The notes: generated from the sequence alone by a model not told the origin. Shown: positions 11,632 through 24,878, numbered from the stretch's first letter. The stretch is 64,000 nucleotides of DNA from Blepharisma stoltei ATCC 30299 (GCA_965603825.1 CBFDEM010000004.1:868001-932000); one strand, 5' to 3'. Translations and numbers: made by a program.

Positions 11632-14600
11632 ATGACATTTTTTGGTCACCTGAGAGCTCTGTGCTTCAAAAACTGGCTGATTTGGAAAAGAGAATGAGTT
11701 GGGTCTGCTTGTGAAATTTTCTTTCCAGTATTTATCATGCTTTTCATGCTTTTATTGAGATATTCTCTTCCAGCAGAGCATAAGCCAGCAAAATCTCATC
11801 TAGATGATGGACAGATCATAGCTCCATCATGAAGTATGAATGAGTCCCTCTATTTTAACAAAAACTTGACTAAATCAGATGATACATGGCCATTTGCATG
11901 ATGCCAAGTAAATATTCAGTATCATTTCACATGGGGAATTATAGGGAATAAAACTTCTCCAGGTCTTAGCAAATATTTAACAGAACAAATAGGTAGCTAT
12001 TTTCCTTATACAGATTATAAGGGTCCAATGTATTTTGATACCACAGACGATATGGAAGATTATGTCACAGATTCAGACTATGACGATAAAGGGCGTGAAA
12101 AAATATGTTTCGCTGTAGACTTAAGCAAACAGAAAGATGATAACCACAAGGTCTATTTACGGTTTAATCTCACAGATATATTGCCAGACGAACAGACTGT
12201 ATACGGAAAATGATACCTTATTTTTTTGACAAGTCTTATACCGCCTGTAAATAAATTCCAAAAAGAAGTAAAACTCGAACACCAGCACAATTTTATATAC
12301 AGCGGCTTCTTTTCTATCCAAAACATGATTTACAACTACTATCTCACCAATAAAACTGAAAACCCAGACGCCTACCTCCAATTCGGATTCGTCCCAATGT
12401 ATCAGCAAAAATTCGTAAAAGACAATTTCATGATCGGGTTCGCCATGACCCTCGGGTTTTTTATGTTTATTACCTCGTTAGTGCCTGTTTCGAGGCTAAT
12501 TAATAAGATTACAATAGAAAAAGAAACAAAAGTCAAAGAAGCTATGAAAATGATGGGCTTAAATGACGCGCCTTATTGATTATCGTGGTATATTATGTAT
12601 ATGCTTATATATACAGTCATAAGTGGCTTACTTACTCTTATTGGCTGGGATATTTTTTCTGGCTCCCAAGCGATAGTTTTCTTGATTTTGCTTTTGTATG
12701 GGACGTCTTGTATAGCGTTTAGCAGCTTGATTAGCTCATTTTTTTCAAAAGCGAAGACTGGGATTTTAGTAGGCGTTTTGGCTTATTTTGCGTCATATTT
12801 TACGATTTTTGCTGTGACTGATACAACGCCAGCGTCAACGAAAAATGGGCTGTCGATTTTTAACACAATCGCGATGACACAAGGGTTTTATGTGTTGCTT
12901 AGCTTGAAAGGAAACCAAATTGATTCGACTATATCAAATCTTGACATTGAGTATGAATATTACAAGGTAGAAACCTGCATTATTATGCTATTTGTCGATA
13001 CAATTTTATATTCACTTTTAGCATTTTATTTTGGTAAAATTGTCCCTTCTCAGTATGGTGTAAGCTTGCCTTGGTATTTTCCTTTTACAAAGTCCTTTTG
13101 GCTAGGCAGGACAAGCAATGACAATAAATTAGATGAAAAAGCTAAAGAATTTATAAATGATGAAGAAGAAAAAAGACGTGAAGAAATGAGACAAAATAAA
13201 AATATAGAAGATCCAGACCCATTGCTGCTTAAACAGATAGAAGCTAATCAAGCTATGACTGTGAGAGGGCTGAGAAAACACTTTGGTGATAAAATCGCTG
13301 TAGATGGACTTGATCTTGACATATTTAGAAACCAAATTTTTGCATTGCTAGGACATAATGGTGCAGGGAAGACGACTACATTGTCAATGCTGACTGGACT
13401 ATTAAAGCCAACTGGAGGCAATATGACTGTTGATGGGCTTGACTTTAGGACTGATATGCCAGAAATAAGAAAGCGCCTTGGTGTATGTCCGCAGCATGAC
13501 GTTTTATTTAAAAATCTGACTGTTTATGAGCACTTATACATGTTTTGCAGATTTAAAGGCCTCACAGACTCCCAAGCAATAAATTCTAATATCGATGAAA
13601 TTCTGAAAGAAATAAATTTAGAAGACAAAAAATTCGTAAGGTCAGAAAACTTGTCAGGTGGCCAAAAACGAAAATTGTCATTATCAATAGCCTTGATAGG
13701 CGGATCGTCTATAGTAATGCTTGATGAGCCTACGTCAGGGATGGATTTGACAGCAAGAAGAAGGGTTTGGGATATGCTGAGAAATGACAAGCATGGAAGA
13801 ATTATTATTCTGACGACGCATTATATGGAAGAAGCTGATATTTTGGCTGATAGGATTGCAATTATGTCAGAAGGGAAGCTGCATTGCTTAGGATCTCCTT
13901 TGTTTCTTAAGAATAGGTTTGGAGTTGGGTATAATTTGACGATAGTTAAACAGATATCAGCAAGTGGAAAAGAATATTCTCAAGCTATAACAGATTTAGT
14001 AAAAAAATACATCCCTAAAGCAGAAACTTTATCTGATGTCTCCGCTGAATGCACATACCAAATCCCTCTATCAGAATCTGTTTATTTTAGTAGCTTTTTC
14101 AAAGAACTTGATAGACAGATGGCTAATCTTAAAATTGAAGCATATGGAATATCTGTTACTACACTAGAAGAAGTGTTCTTAAGAGTAGCTAGAGGAGATA
14201 ACGATTTTTCACCTGAAAAAGTCAGAACTGCAAGCTTAGAGCATGAAGACAAATTCATCCAAAAAGAAGATGATACTGCCACGCTAGGGGAAGCAGAAGA
14301 GATGGTATTCGAAAACAAAAGAGCAAAAACCTTTAATATCGCAAAAGACCATGACAAAGGCATGCTATTTATGTCTCACTTTTTAGCGCTGACACAAAAA
14401 CGAATTATTTATTCTTGGAGAGATTACAAAGGGTTTATTTTAGAAATTCTTTTGCCTATTTTATGCGTCATATTTGGGCTAGCCTTACTGACACAGTTTA
14501 GTATTTTGAATAATCAAAAATCATGAAAAGAAGACCTCAATAAATTTGATAAGCCTCAAAAAGTATTTTATAATCCCCAGCCTTATCTAAACCCATCAGC

Positions 14601-16973
14601 TGCAGGAGCTTCCGACATCAAATTCATTATGAACAGAGCAGTTGACAATACAAATGGCCGAATTAAACTAACAGAGTATCAAGGATCATTAGAAGATTTT
14701 GATTATAACATCTATAAACAAAGGACAAACAACCCATTTCGGCTTGGCTCCTACTATTTTTATGAAGCCGACCCAGTAAAGCACGCTTACAGTGTTGTTA
14801 TTTTCCATAACACAACAGCTTTGCAAGGTGCCCCTACATTTGCTGCCACAATCGGCCAAGCATTTTTACAAAACATCTATAATGACGATAATTTCAAAAT
14901 TCCTATTTACAACTACCCATTACCGCTCTCCCACAAGCAGCAAAACCTAGCTAGGAACGCTGGGACATTTTACGTTTCTATGATTTTTGCCATCGGAGTT
15001 TCCTTTATCCCTACAGGACTTATCACTTTTATAGTAAAAGAGCGTGAAAACAATATAAAACATCAGCATTTGGTAAGCGGGGTCTCAATCCCTGCATATT
15101 GGCTTTCTTCTTATGCGTGGGATTTATCTAAATTTATGATCCCTGGTATAATTTCAGTATTAATGATCAAAGCTTTTGGCTTAAAAAGCCTCGTAGAGTC
15201 TGATGACGTATATGGGGCGACATGAGGCTTATTCCTTCTCTATGGAGTTGCTATATGTCCATTTACTTATGCTTGCAGTTTTGTATATAAAAGCTACTCC
15301 ATCGCTCAATTTTTTACCTTTATTTACCACCTCATCACAGGGGCAATTTTTGCTACTTTAACTTGGACGCTACGCATTATATCTGAGACAACGAGAGACA
15401 TTTCTGACGTCTTAGAATGGCCTTTCCGCATTTTTTCACCCACTTTTTGTTTTTCTTTTGGAATTATGAATATTTCTAATAGAGAAGCTTATCAGTCAGC
15501 TTATAAAGAATCTAATATAAGAGGTCCATTAGACTGACAGATCGCTGGAGCTGACATTTGTTTTTTATGTTTACATGCAGTGGTAAGCTTGATTATGATT
15601 TTTGTAATAGAATGGGCAAGCACTGTTCAATGGTTCAGAAAAATAGGCTCTGCAAGAGATCCAGGAGAAAATGAATATAAACAAGATGATGACGTAGAAA
15701 GGGTTAAGAAAGAAGCGGCCGAGACAGACGCAAATAGTGTCGCTGTAAAGGTGGCAGGGCTGAGAAAAGTATATGGAAACTTTTTTAATAAAACACAAGT
15801 AAAAATAGCTATCCAAGAAATTTCTTTTGTGGTGCCTTTTCAGGAGTGTTTTGCGTTATTAGGAGTTAATGGGGCTGGAAAAACTAGCACGTTTAGGATT
15901 TTGACTGGGGAGTATGGACCAACTAAAGGTGAAGCTTATATTAATGCGTATAATGTCATCACACATTTATCAGAAGCTAGGTATAATATAGGGTATTGCC
16001 CTCAATTTGACGCTTTAACTGATCTACTTACCCCTACAGAGCATTTAATTTTATATGCAAAAATCAAAGGGATCCCTAAAGATCTAATCAAATATTTTGT
16101 AGAAAAACAGCTAAAAGATATGAACCTTGAAAAATACGCCAAAGTCAGGGCAGGAATCTTAGTGGCGGGAACAAGCGAAAACTCTCAGTTGCAGTAGCCT
16201 GCATAGGGAACCCTCCTGTCGTATTTTTAGACGAGCCAAGCGCGGGTATGGACCCAGAAGCACGCAAAAATATGTGGGGTGTTATAAATAATATAAAAAA
16301 ACAAAACGTCAGCATTATATTAACCACCCACTCTATGGACGAAGCAGAAGCTCTCTGCAATAACATCGGAATAATGGTAAACGGCCGTCTAAGATGCTAT
16401 GGGACAGCTACCCACATAAAAAATAAATTCAGCAGTGGCTATGAATTTTTCTTAAAAGTCAGGTACCCACGAGAAGAAGAAATTAATGAATTTATCAATA
16501 AATTAAGGACAAGGTATTTAGAAGACGTTATTGGTCAAGAAGAAGTCATAAATGCTATGGAAATTCTGGATTGTGGAGACATGTACCCAGAAATTTCTAA
16601 GGAAGGGACAGGATCACATTTGAAAGACGAAATGAATGAGTCAGGGAAATTAGGAATAAATAATCTGGTAGAGTGGATTATTGTAGAAAGATATGGACAA
16701 GCTATATATAGGTGGCTTGTAGATGAATTTGTGGATATTACGCTGATAGAGCATTATGGGACTTATTTTAAGTACAGACTGGAAAAGCAAAGTAAAGGAA
16801 TTGGAGATATTTTTGGGAGAATTGAAGATGCCAAAGAAGATTTGTATGTGAGTGAGTACTCGTTGAGCCAAACTACATTAGAACAAATATTCAATATGTT
16901 TGCTACAGAAGGAGAGATGGATATGACGATGTCTAATCAAAGATTAAGCAGAAAAATACACCCTAAGGAATAA
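11632..16973 (+). CDS. Full-size ABC transporter, subfamily A; 8 in-frame TGA=Trp; apparent 1-nt deletion frameshift at about 16155
   Basis: Start MTFFGHLRALCFKNWLIWKRE(W); EKETKVKEAMKMMGL..PY(W)LSW; NBD1 GHNGAGKTT, LSGGQKRKL, LDEPTSG; NBD2 GVNGAGKTS, LSGGNKRKL, LDEPSAG; C-terminal SQTTLEQIF. TGA at 11695, 11830, 11899, 12211, 12577, 14524, 15223, 15535. Confidence 0.92.
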
Positions 16974-17049
16974 AAAAACTAACAAATTATGAGATTTAGA
17001 TTGCTTAATATTATTTAAATTTATTCCTTTGGAATTAAAATTAAGATAT

Positions 17050-18750
17050 CCTAATAGCCCGTTATATTTAAGTTTATAATTTAGATACGCTTAATCAAAT
17101 TTTTCTCCAACTAAACTCTTATCTTCTAAATTGAATTTATAACAAACCACTTCTCTTGAATGTCAAAACCCGAAGTAAATTATATTTTCTTTCCAAGTTG
17201 AAAACAATTGTGAAAAATTACTTAAGTTTCATTTGCAAACAATTTGCCAGCTGTACTATGCTTCTTCCATCTCATATATAGCTCTACTATCTACAATTAA
17301 AAATATTTTTTCATCTGCTTTTAAAAATAATTTGCGTGATTTTACTACAAGCTCATTTTGAATTACCGAATAACTCCCTATTATGATATCATATATATAA
17401 ATGCAATTAGTCTTGGAGCTATCAAAATTCAATTTTTATAAACTGTAAAAGAACACTTCGATAAATTATGGGGTATACCGGCCAACTTCGTTCATTTGCA
17501 GTTAATTAAGTCATATTTTCATGTTTTATTCTTAGTTCAAAAATGTGGCTGGGACCTTTCCCAAATATGTAAATGCAGTTTTCATGGTAAATTCCATTTT
17601 TTCATTTATCTATGATCGGTTGATAAATAGCTAATAATATTGCTCCCCATGCAATATCTTTTATAGTAAAAGTTGCAGTGCTAACTATATAACTACTTTC
17701 TCCTCCCAAAAATAGTTTATTATTAGGCAGCTTGACTATAAAAACAAAATTATCCTTAATTTCATAAGCTTCAAAAGTTTTAAAAGCTTTCTTTTTTAAA
17801 ACTGGGTCATACATAATTATATTCCCTTTATTAAGATATTGATATGTGAAATAAATGCAATTTGTGTTATCCAAATTGCCTATATTTTTCTGGAATTCAT
17901 CTACTGTATAATTTCAATGATTTCTTATATAATTGTATTTAATCATCAATTTATGAATTTTTTTCTCCATTCATGTTTCATATTTTCTTAGAAATGAGTA
18001 CTTCCCACCATCTCCATATAAATCAAATACATCTTTCAGATGAATTTCAGCTTTTATATAATTTATATCAAGTTTATTTAGCTTATCATACAGTATCTTG
18101 CAGCAGGCTGAAGCAGTTTTAAAGTTATTTTCTCACTCTTTTTTTAAATGAAAATAATTGAATTTTTCAATATTGTTGTCTTCATATTGGTGTATTGGGA
18201 ATGTTTCATCAATTATATGAATATATCTTGTCATTGCATAAATTGCTTCATGTTTTGGTAAAGATAAAAGCACTGTAATTTTGATTAGGAATTTCTTTTG
18301 GATTTTTGCCAAATGTTAAGATTAAATTTAATAGATTGGCACATTCATTTGAAAGGGCGTTGATTTTTGGATATAGGAACTTAAATCATTCTTTATTTTA
18401 GTAATCTTTTGGCTTGCGTTTAAGATTTGGAGTTCTTTCTGCTCTGTAATTTGTTTTAATGTTCAATTGATTAAGCTAACCATTTCTTGTTTTGTTTGGT
18501 AGTTGACCTTAATCTCAGTGTCAATTTCTATCGTTCTCAGCTTTTTACCATTTATAATGATGCTGGATTCAAGATTGCATGAATTTTCCAAATCCATTTC
18601 CATTTTATTAATTATAAAACACCCAATATTAGGTAGATTTCTATATTTTATGGTCACTCTCTTATAAAAATATAATGATATTTCTTCAAGTTAAGACTAT
18701 AAATACTTTCCTTCACAAAAATTTTAATTTTGGAACAGAAAAACCATGCT
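17050..18750 (-). pseudogene. Decayed gene remnant: coiled-coil N-terminal part plus kelch-like repeats; boundaries approximate
   Basis: Coding-like fragments on the minus strand (..VKLPNNKLFLGG.., ..GIYHENCIYIFG..) broken by TAA stops and frame changes that neither TGA=Trp nor 15/16-nt introns repair. Confidence 0.55.
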
Positions 18751-18850
18751 GTCTGTCGATTCTTGATCAAAATCCCTATCACTTTAATTATTTAACACCC
18801 CAATTTTTAAAAAAATTATTATAATGATTGCCTCACCATGAGACAACCAC

Positions 18851-20251
18851 TTAAATTTTATTGATACTTACTATAAAAGTATCCAGCGATCCAAGATTTG
18901 ACTCTTTCTTCAAAAAGCACCCATTAACCAAATTCAAAGCAGCTACTCCCGCAAATGCATAATAAGGGTACATAGGATTCATCTGATGTAGTGTTAGCAG
19001 GACAAAAGGTGACGAAATAGCTGCTATATTCATAAACGTAAAACACAACGAATACCCTGTCGTCCTAACACTAGTCGAATATAACTCATTTGTATAAGGG
19101 ACGATCACATCACTATTCACCATCCCACATATCTGTAACCCCATCACAAATGAGTAATAAAGTGTATTTGTCCACTTAAAAGCACATAATAATGAAGTCC
19201 CCAAGTGGAATACACTCACAAGAACTATTGTATTTTTTCTCCCAAATTTGTCTTGCTCTATCAAAAACATTGGAATTAGGGAAAGCGGGGACTGTATTAC
19301 GCTCATAATTGCTAAATTTGTAAGGACATCTCCATCAGATGAGTCACTTCCGAGGGTTCTTGGCAAAATAAACACGCAGCCATAGTATAAAAACCCAATA
19401 GCCCACCACAAGAAAAATCCTTGTAGTGTTATTCTTAAATAGTCTCCTCCAAACACCAATCCAAGCCTATCTAAATGGTTTTCAGCTTCACTTTTTTCTA
19501 TAAGTTTGACGGCTTCGATTTCTTCTACAGTGATTCTTCTGGCGTTATTTATTCTCGCGATTTTATTCAAAATCTTCACACACTTGTCGTGCTGATCGTT
19601 CATGGCCAGCCACCTTGGACTTTCGTCCAATAGGAAAACTAGGAAAATTGTACTGAAAAAAGCTGGCCAAGCTGCAAGTAGTAAAAGTTCTCGCCAATAG
19701 AGAGGATCGAGGTTTGGAACTAAAGCAAGACCAAGGAGAATAACCATCGTGGTTCCTACTTGGTAAAGCATTTGTCCAGCTAATACGGATAGTCCTCTAG
19801 AATTTTCTATGCCAGTCTCCACAATCAGGGTGGTGCCAATTGGGACTAAAACACCGAGACTTATGGACAAAAAGAGCCTTGTGCATACAAAAGTCCAGAT
19901 ATCTGGCATAAAAGCAGAGGTTACGGCAAAAATGCAGTAGGAAAGGGAGGAAAAGACCATGCATTTTCGTCTGCCAAAGGCATTGCCTAAAGGTCCTGCT
20001 ATGAGAGTTCCAATGGCTGTGCCAAGAAATAGGATTCCGCCCATGAATTCGACTACTTCGAGGCTTAGGTTTCATTCTTTTTGGAGAACTGAGGACATCA
20101 ATGTGACGATGAGAAGTTCAGCTCCTTCAGCCATTAAGAAAGCTCCACAAAGGCAGAGGACCATTAGTTGATACCGGCCAAAGCCAATTCGAGACAGAAT
20201 TCTATCAATACTCGAGTTTGGATGGCTAAATATTGCTTCTTCTATATCCAT
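18851..20251 (-). CDS. Major facilitator superfamily transporter, SV2/SVOP-like; TGA=Trp at 20072-20074
   Basis: True start MDIEEAIF..IGFGRYQL..AEGAELL..QKE(W)NLS; motif A GNAFGRRK; LDESPRWL; ELYSTSVRTTG. Confidence 0.9.
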
Positions 20252-20476
20252 TTATACTTTAATTTTATCACACGATTTGAATAATTTCAATCAACAAAAT
20301 GAATTAAATTAGATTAATTTAAAATCCAAATTAGCTCAGATTTTTTTATTATACATATTTTGTATCATATTTTTATATAAAATAAAATTATAACAGATTT
20401 TTTTTAGCTGAAAAGAGGTAAAATTATTATTAGCAAAATGAGTCTTTAATGAGCGATATTAAGGGCTTAAGAAAAT

Positions 20477-21241
20477 ATGGACTACAAAATTGAGGTATTC
20501 AAAGTAAGCCATAGGAAAATTTTTTACTTATTTATATGCCTAAATACAATTGCCCTTGGGTGTATGATAGCAACTTTATTTATTCCAAGCTGGTCTTCAT
20601 TTAGGTCAAATAATGCTGATCTCAGCAGAGACTTTAAAGGAAAATTATTAGAGACATCTGAAATTTCTAAAGAGTCAAATTATGTAAATTTTATTGATCT
20701 TTTTTACCTTTGTCCACATAAAACGTGTAAGTTCTGGAAAAGTCTTTATATTGGAGGCAGCAGCTATGCTATTTTTGAGTGCTTATCAATTGGGTGCACA
20801 ATAATTTGGACTGGGATATTGGTATTTTTCTTACGTAAAAAAGATTACTTGGTAGGGTCGCTTTTTTTCTGCGCTATGGCTTGGATGGGGCACTTTATAG
20901 CTATAGTAACCTGGCTCAGTGTAATAAAAGCTACTTATAACGGAGACTGCCATAATTCAAGAGATGTCGACATAACAATTTGCGCGGAAGATGCCCCAAA
21001 GCTCTCATTAGCTATCCTATTGCTCATTACAATTGTAAATATTGCGTATTTAATTATTGCAAGAAAAATAATTATCCAAAAACTTTCATTCGAAGAGCAA
21101 AGATATGCTACAATAGAAACCGAAACTGAAGCCAAAATGATAAATAAAACGACAGAAAATGATAGCGATTTTATCATGAGAGACGAAATCTGCACTGAGC
21201 AGTATAAGGCAAGTAGCTTTTTAAATGAAACTCAAAATTAA
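20477..21241 (+). CDS. Four-TM membrane protein (claudin/PMP22/amastin-like topology)
   Basis: 254-aa ORF with four hydrophobic segments, Trp after TM1 and Cys pairs in both extracellular loops; family assignment is by topology only. Confidence 0.7.
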   Translation: MDYKIEVFKVSHRKIFYLFICLNTIALGCMIATLFIPSWSSFRSNNADLSRDFKGKLLETSEISKESNYVNFIDLFYLCPHKTCKFWKSLYIGGSSYAIFECLSIGCTIIWTGILVFFLRKKDYLVGSLFFCAMAWMGHFIAIVTWLSVIKATYNGDCHNSRDVDITICAEDAPKLSLAILLLITIVNIAYLIIARKIIIQKLSFEEQRYATIETETEAKMINKTTENDSDFIMRDEICTEQYKASSFLNETQN

Positions 21242-21333
21242 ATAACGAAATAATTGTGTATACTGATTTTTTGTAAATAATTATAAATAATTCAATTTTT
21301 AAAAACTAAATCTTGGCGAATACATTATTTATA

Positions 21334-22611
21334 TTAAGCTTTTGATGAAGACGATGACGATTCATTGGACTCTGAATAGCTCGAAGACGAAGATGACGAA
21401 AACGTTTCATGTTGAATTTCTTCCAATTTTAAACTTGGAATATTCTGAGGCTTCTTCACATCTTTTGGTCTCCCACTAACTAGCTGCTCATTTTCTGAAT
21501 TATCTTCAGGCTCATCAGATCCTTCATACTTTGGCATTTCTTTCTTCTTTTTCTGGACGTCTTGGTCATATACTTCTTCAACTGGGTATCCTCGCTTTTT
21601 AAGCGCCATTACAAGTTTTAATAGTTTTTTTTCTTTGTATTTGTAATTTTTAATATCAGTTTTCATTTTTTGACATAAGTCAGCATATGCTTTGTTTTCA
21701 GCAATAATGAATTTTCAGCTTTCTTCATTCATGTCGACTCCTTCTACATTAACTTGAGATATCTTATAAAGCTTGCCTTGCAATTCTTCATATCTGGTTT
21801 CTTTGTCTTCAAGCTTTATATTCAAAGCTTGGTTTTCTTTCAAAACTCGCTCAATTTTTTTTTCAAGCGACCTTTTGCTTTCTGCACAGTTAGTTAATTT
21901 TCTGTTTAAGTCTTCTACTTTTGATTCTAATTCATTTGTATTTAAAGCCTTCAAGGTATTTCTTTCTGTTAGCGCTTCATCATACGCCTTTTGTATTTTT
22001 GCTAACAAAGTTCCATAAATCGTGTCCTTATTTATAATTTCCTGGAAAATTTCTCTATACACATTAAGCTTCCCTACTGTCTGAAGCCTGTCTTTTTGTG
22101 ATAACTCACTTAGTTTCTGTGAAAGCTTGCCTTCAAGAAACTGAATTTCTGTCGACGCCGTACTTTGCCTTGACGGGATTTTCGGAGACCCTTTAGAGTC
22201 ATTCCCTTGTGAAGGAATTTTGAAGGAATTATTAAATGACAAATTTACGCTGTGGCCTTGTCTATTAGGCTTTATGACTGTAAAATTATCAATACTTTCA
22301 TTGAGAAGTGGCAAATTTGAATGTGAAGAAGTCCGTTTTTGAGGAGGGATTGACTGGGTTTGTAGAAGGGAACTTGAGGAATTTTTTTTTATTGTAGGAG
22401 TAGCTCGACGAATTCTCGCTGGGGAAGGGTCAGCCTTGTGAGGAGAAGATTTTGAGCGTGAGTTTGGACGTGCATATGGAGAGTTCTTGTAAATTTGGGA
22501 AACTTTGTTGGTGACTGATTGAGAAAGAGTGATTTTTGGGGGTTGGGATAAAGAGATGTGTCCTAGCTTTGTTGGGGTGTTAGAAAATCGTTGAACTTTA
22601 TTGAGGTTCAT
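21334..22611 (-). CDS. Coiled-coil protein with TSNAXIP1_N-like segment; TGA=Trp at 21715-21717
   Basis: ORFs 21715..22611 and 21334..21666 are in frame through one TGA (EES-W-KFIIAENK). Segment VYREIFQEII..YGTLLAKIQKAYD resembles the TSNAXIP1 N-terminal family (recognition by eye). Confidence 0.75.
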
Positions 22612-22817
22612 TATAATTAGCTATTATCTTCCTCAAAATAAATTTGAAATGGTTCTGATTAATTTAAACTTAATAAGCAGAAAAAAGCTTTTATTTGAGT
22701 GATTAGATCATGAATTTCTTATAATTTTTTAAATAAATACGCAAGGCATCTGAAATTAATTAAAAAAATGATTTGTAAATGTATTAACATTAGCATCAAA
22801 ATTACTAATTTCCAATC

Positions 22818-24545
22818 CTAAAACGAGTCTACGCTGTTTCTTTTTCTTGAAATTTTCTTTTCTTCTGTTTTCTTTTCGCTTTTTTCTTCACTTTCTTCTT
22901 TTAAAAATGTTAAAATTTTTGTGACCTGCTCTTTTATATACCCTTGCCTATTTTGAAGAAGTGCCAAAGACCCTTTTGAAACTCTGAGTTTATTATGCAA
23001 TTTGGCATTATGTTTTGATAAATGGGCATATAGCATCTTTAATAGCTGCAATTTATTATGCTTTGGGTCTTTATTTTCGTTTTCTTCAGTAGCTAAAGGG
23101 GAATCAACTTCAAGCTCTTCGTATTTCATAATTGGGATGTCAAAATCAGTCTTTGCAACATAATTTCTATTTGGATTTCTCTCTAATGAATCAAATTTGT
23201 CTATGTTTGGGGCAAATGTAGAATGCCGACGAGCACTTCTGATTTTTTCAACATTCATTTTTACGCCTGGCATCATTGTAGGATGCCTTTTTAGTGTTCG
23301 CAAGTTTGGCTTGTTATCTGGGGATTGTGGCTCTGAGCCTTTTAGTGAATTTTCTTTCTTTCTTCTAGCAATTTCAGATTTGTTTTCTTCTTTTTTTTCT
23401 TCTATTATATTTTGCCACATTTTTCTGAATTTTTCTTTTTTGAAATTCATTGTTTTTTGCTTATTTTTTTTATTGTTATCACTATTTTTAGGCGATTTAT
23501 CATTTTTTTCTAAATTTCTCGTTGAAGATTTTTTAAGTCTCCAGCTTTGTTGTCTATCAAGAATAAAAGCTTTTTTTGTTTCTATTTTTAGAGCTGTCTC
23601 TTTGGCTTCAGAGTTTTTTATGCATCTAAGTCTAGAAGTGTCATTGATTTCTTCAGCAATTTTTGGAAATTCTTCAAGCATCTTTAAGAAATGCCTTTTA
23701 GACAGGACTAAAAACTCAGCCCCATCCTTTGTGGCTTGCACTGAACAGTCTCTAGGGGTGTTTTCCATGATTTCGACTTCTCCAAAATAAGATCCTTGCA
23801 CATATGATTTAAAAACAACGCCATTTGAGGCTATTAAATTTACTCTTCCTTTAGTCAAAAAATAAACCTCGTCTGGAAATTCATACTCTTTATATAAAAA
23901 CTCGCCTGGCTGAAGACTTACAGTTCGGAGTTTAGGGACTATGTAAGATATAAATCCTGGGTCTTTGTCCTGGAAAAAGTAAATTTTTTCCACAATTTTA
24001 TGATGCATATGCAGAGACACATCAGTCCTTAGCGAGGCTGGCAATTCATTCATCAAAGTATCCTGATCAAACCAGCTGAACATATTTTCTTCATAATTCA
24101 AAAGAATATGAGCTTTAATTTTCTGCTTTAAATCATCTGGAAGCTTCGTCGCTTTTGCAAAATCATTTAAAGCATTTAAGCGGTTTCGTAAATTTGATGT
24201 TTTGCTGTCCATATTCGCCATGATTGTGGAGAGATTGGAAATTGTGTAAGAGTAAAATGCAACCCCAAGTGCCATCAGGACAAATACAAAGGCTCTTTCG
24301 GATTTAGTATAAGCATGGATATCTCCATAGCCTACAGTTGTTAATGTTGTGAAAATGAAATAAATCGAGGCAATATAACAAGAGGTTTTATCAGAATCTA
24401 TATAGCCATGCCGAGCTACTCAAGTATTTGGGCTAAAATTATCAAGTTTTGCTATTAAGTATCAAAGACACCCCATCACGTGCACAACAATCGCTACAAA
24501 AATTGCAAATTTTATAAGCTTTATTGCTCCTCTATGGTCTTTCAT
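22818..24545 (-). CDS. Cyclic-nucleotide-binding-domain K+ channel (KCNH/HCN-like) comprising S5-pore-S6, C-linker and CNBD only; TGA=Trp at 24462-24464 and 24420-24422
   Basis: MKDHRGAIKLIKFAIFVAIVVHVMGCL(W)YLIAK..NT(W)V..YIASIYFIFTTLTTVGYGDI; C-linker ELPASLRTDV; CNBD GSYFGEVE..PRDCSV; basic tail; TAG stop. Confidence 0.88.
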
Positions 24546-24878
24546 TTTTGATAATTTTATTTAAAATTATTATAACTCCTTCTCTATGACTTCTTGATAG
24601 AACTATATTTCATAGAAAAACTTTACCAATTTATAAATCTAGCATTCTTTTTAAATAACTACTGATTTTTATGCTATTACAAAAAGCATTTAAATTAATA
24701 GCTTTTTAGAGTAAAATAGGATCGTTTAAAATCTTCTGTTAATTATCTAAATTAAATACCAATAATTGCAGTAAAATTAGCATGGCTATACTAAAATATA
24801 AAAAGAAAAGATAATAAATATATTTAGTAACTGATTACATACTAATTAGCATTCAAATTAAATCGTGATAATTGTAAA

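Noticed and set aside
11993-12013. Possible 21-nt in-frame intron GTAGCTATTTTCCTTATACAG in ABCA
   Set aside because: Ends match the consensus but the length is outside the 15-16 nt class and the frame is open without splicing; needs RNA-seq.
16144-16162. 19-nt GT..AG segment as an intron repairing the ABCA frameshift
   Set aside because: Removal gives the wrong frame and destroys LSGG; it starts GTC, not GTA.
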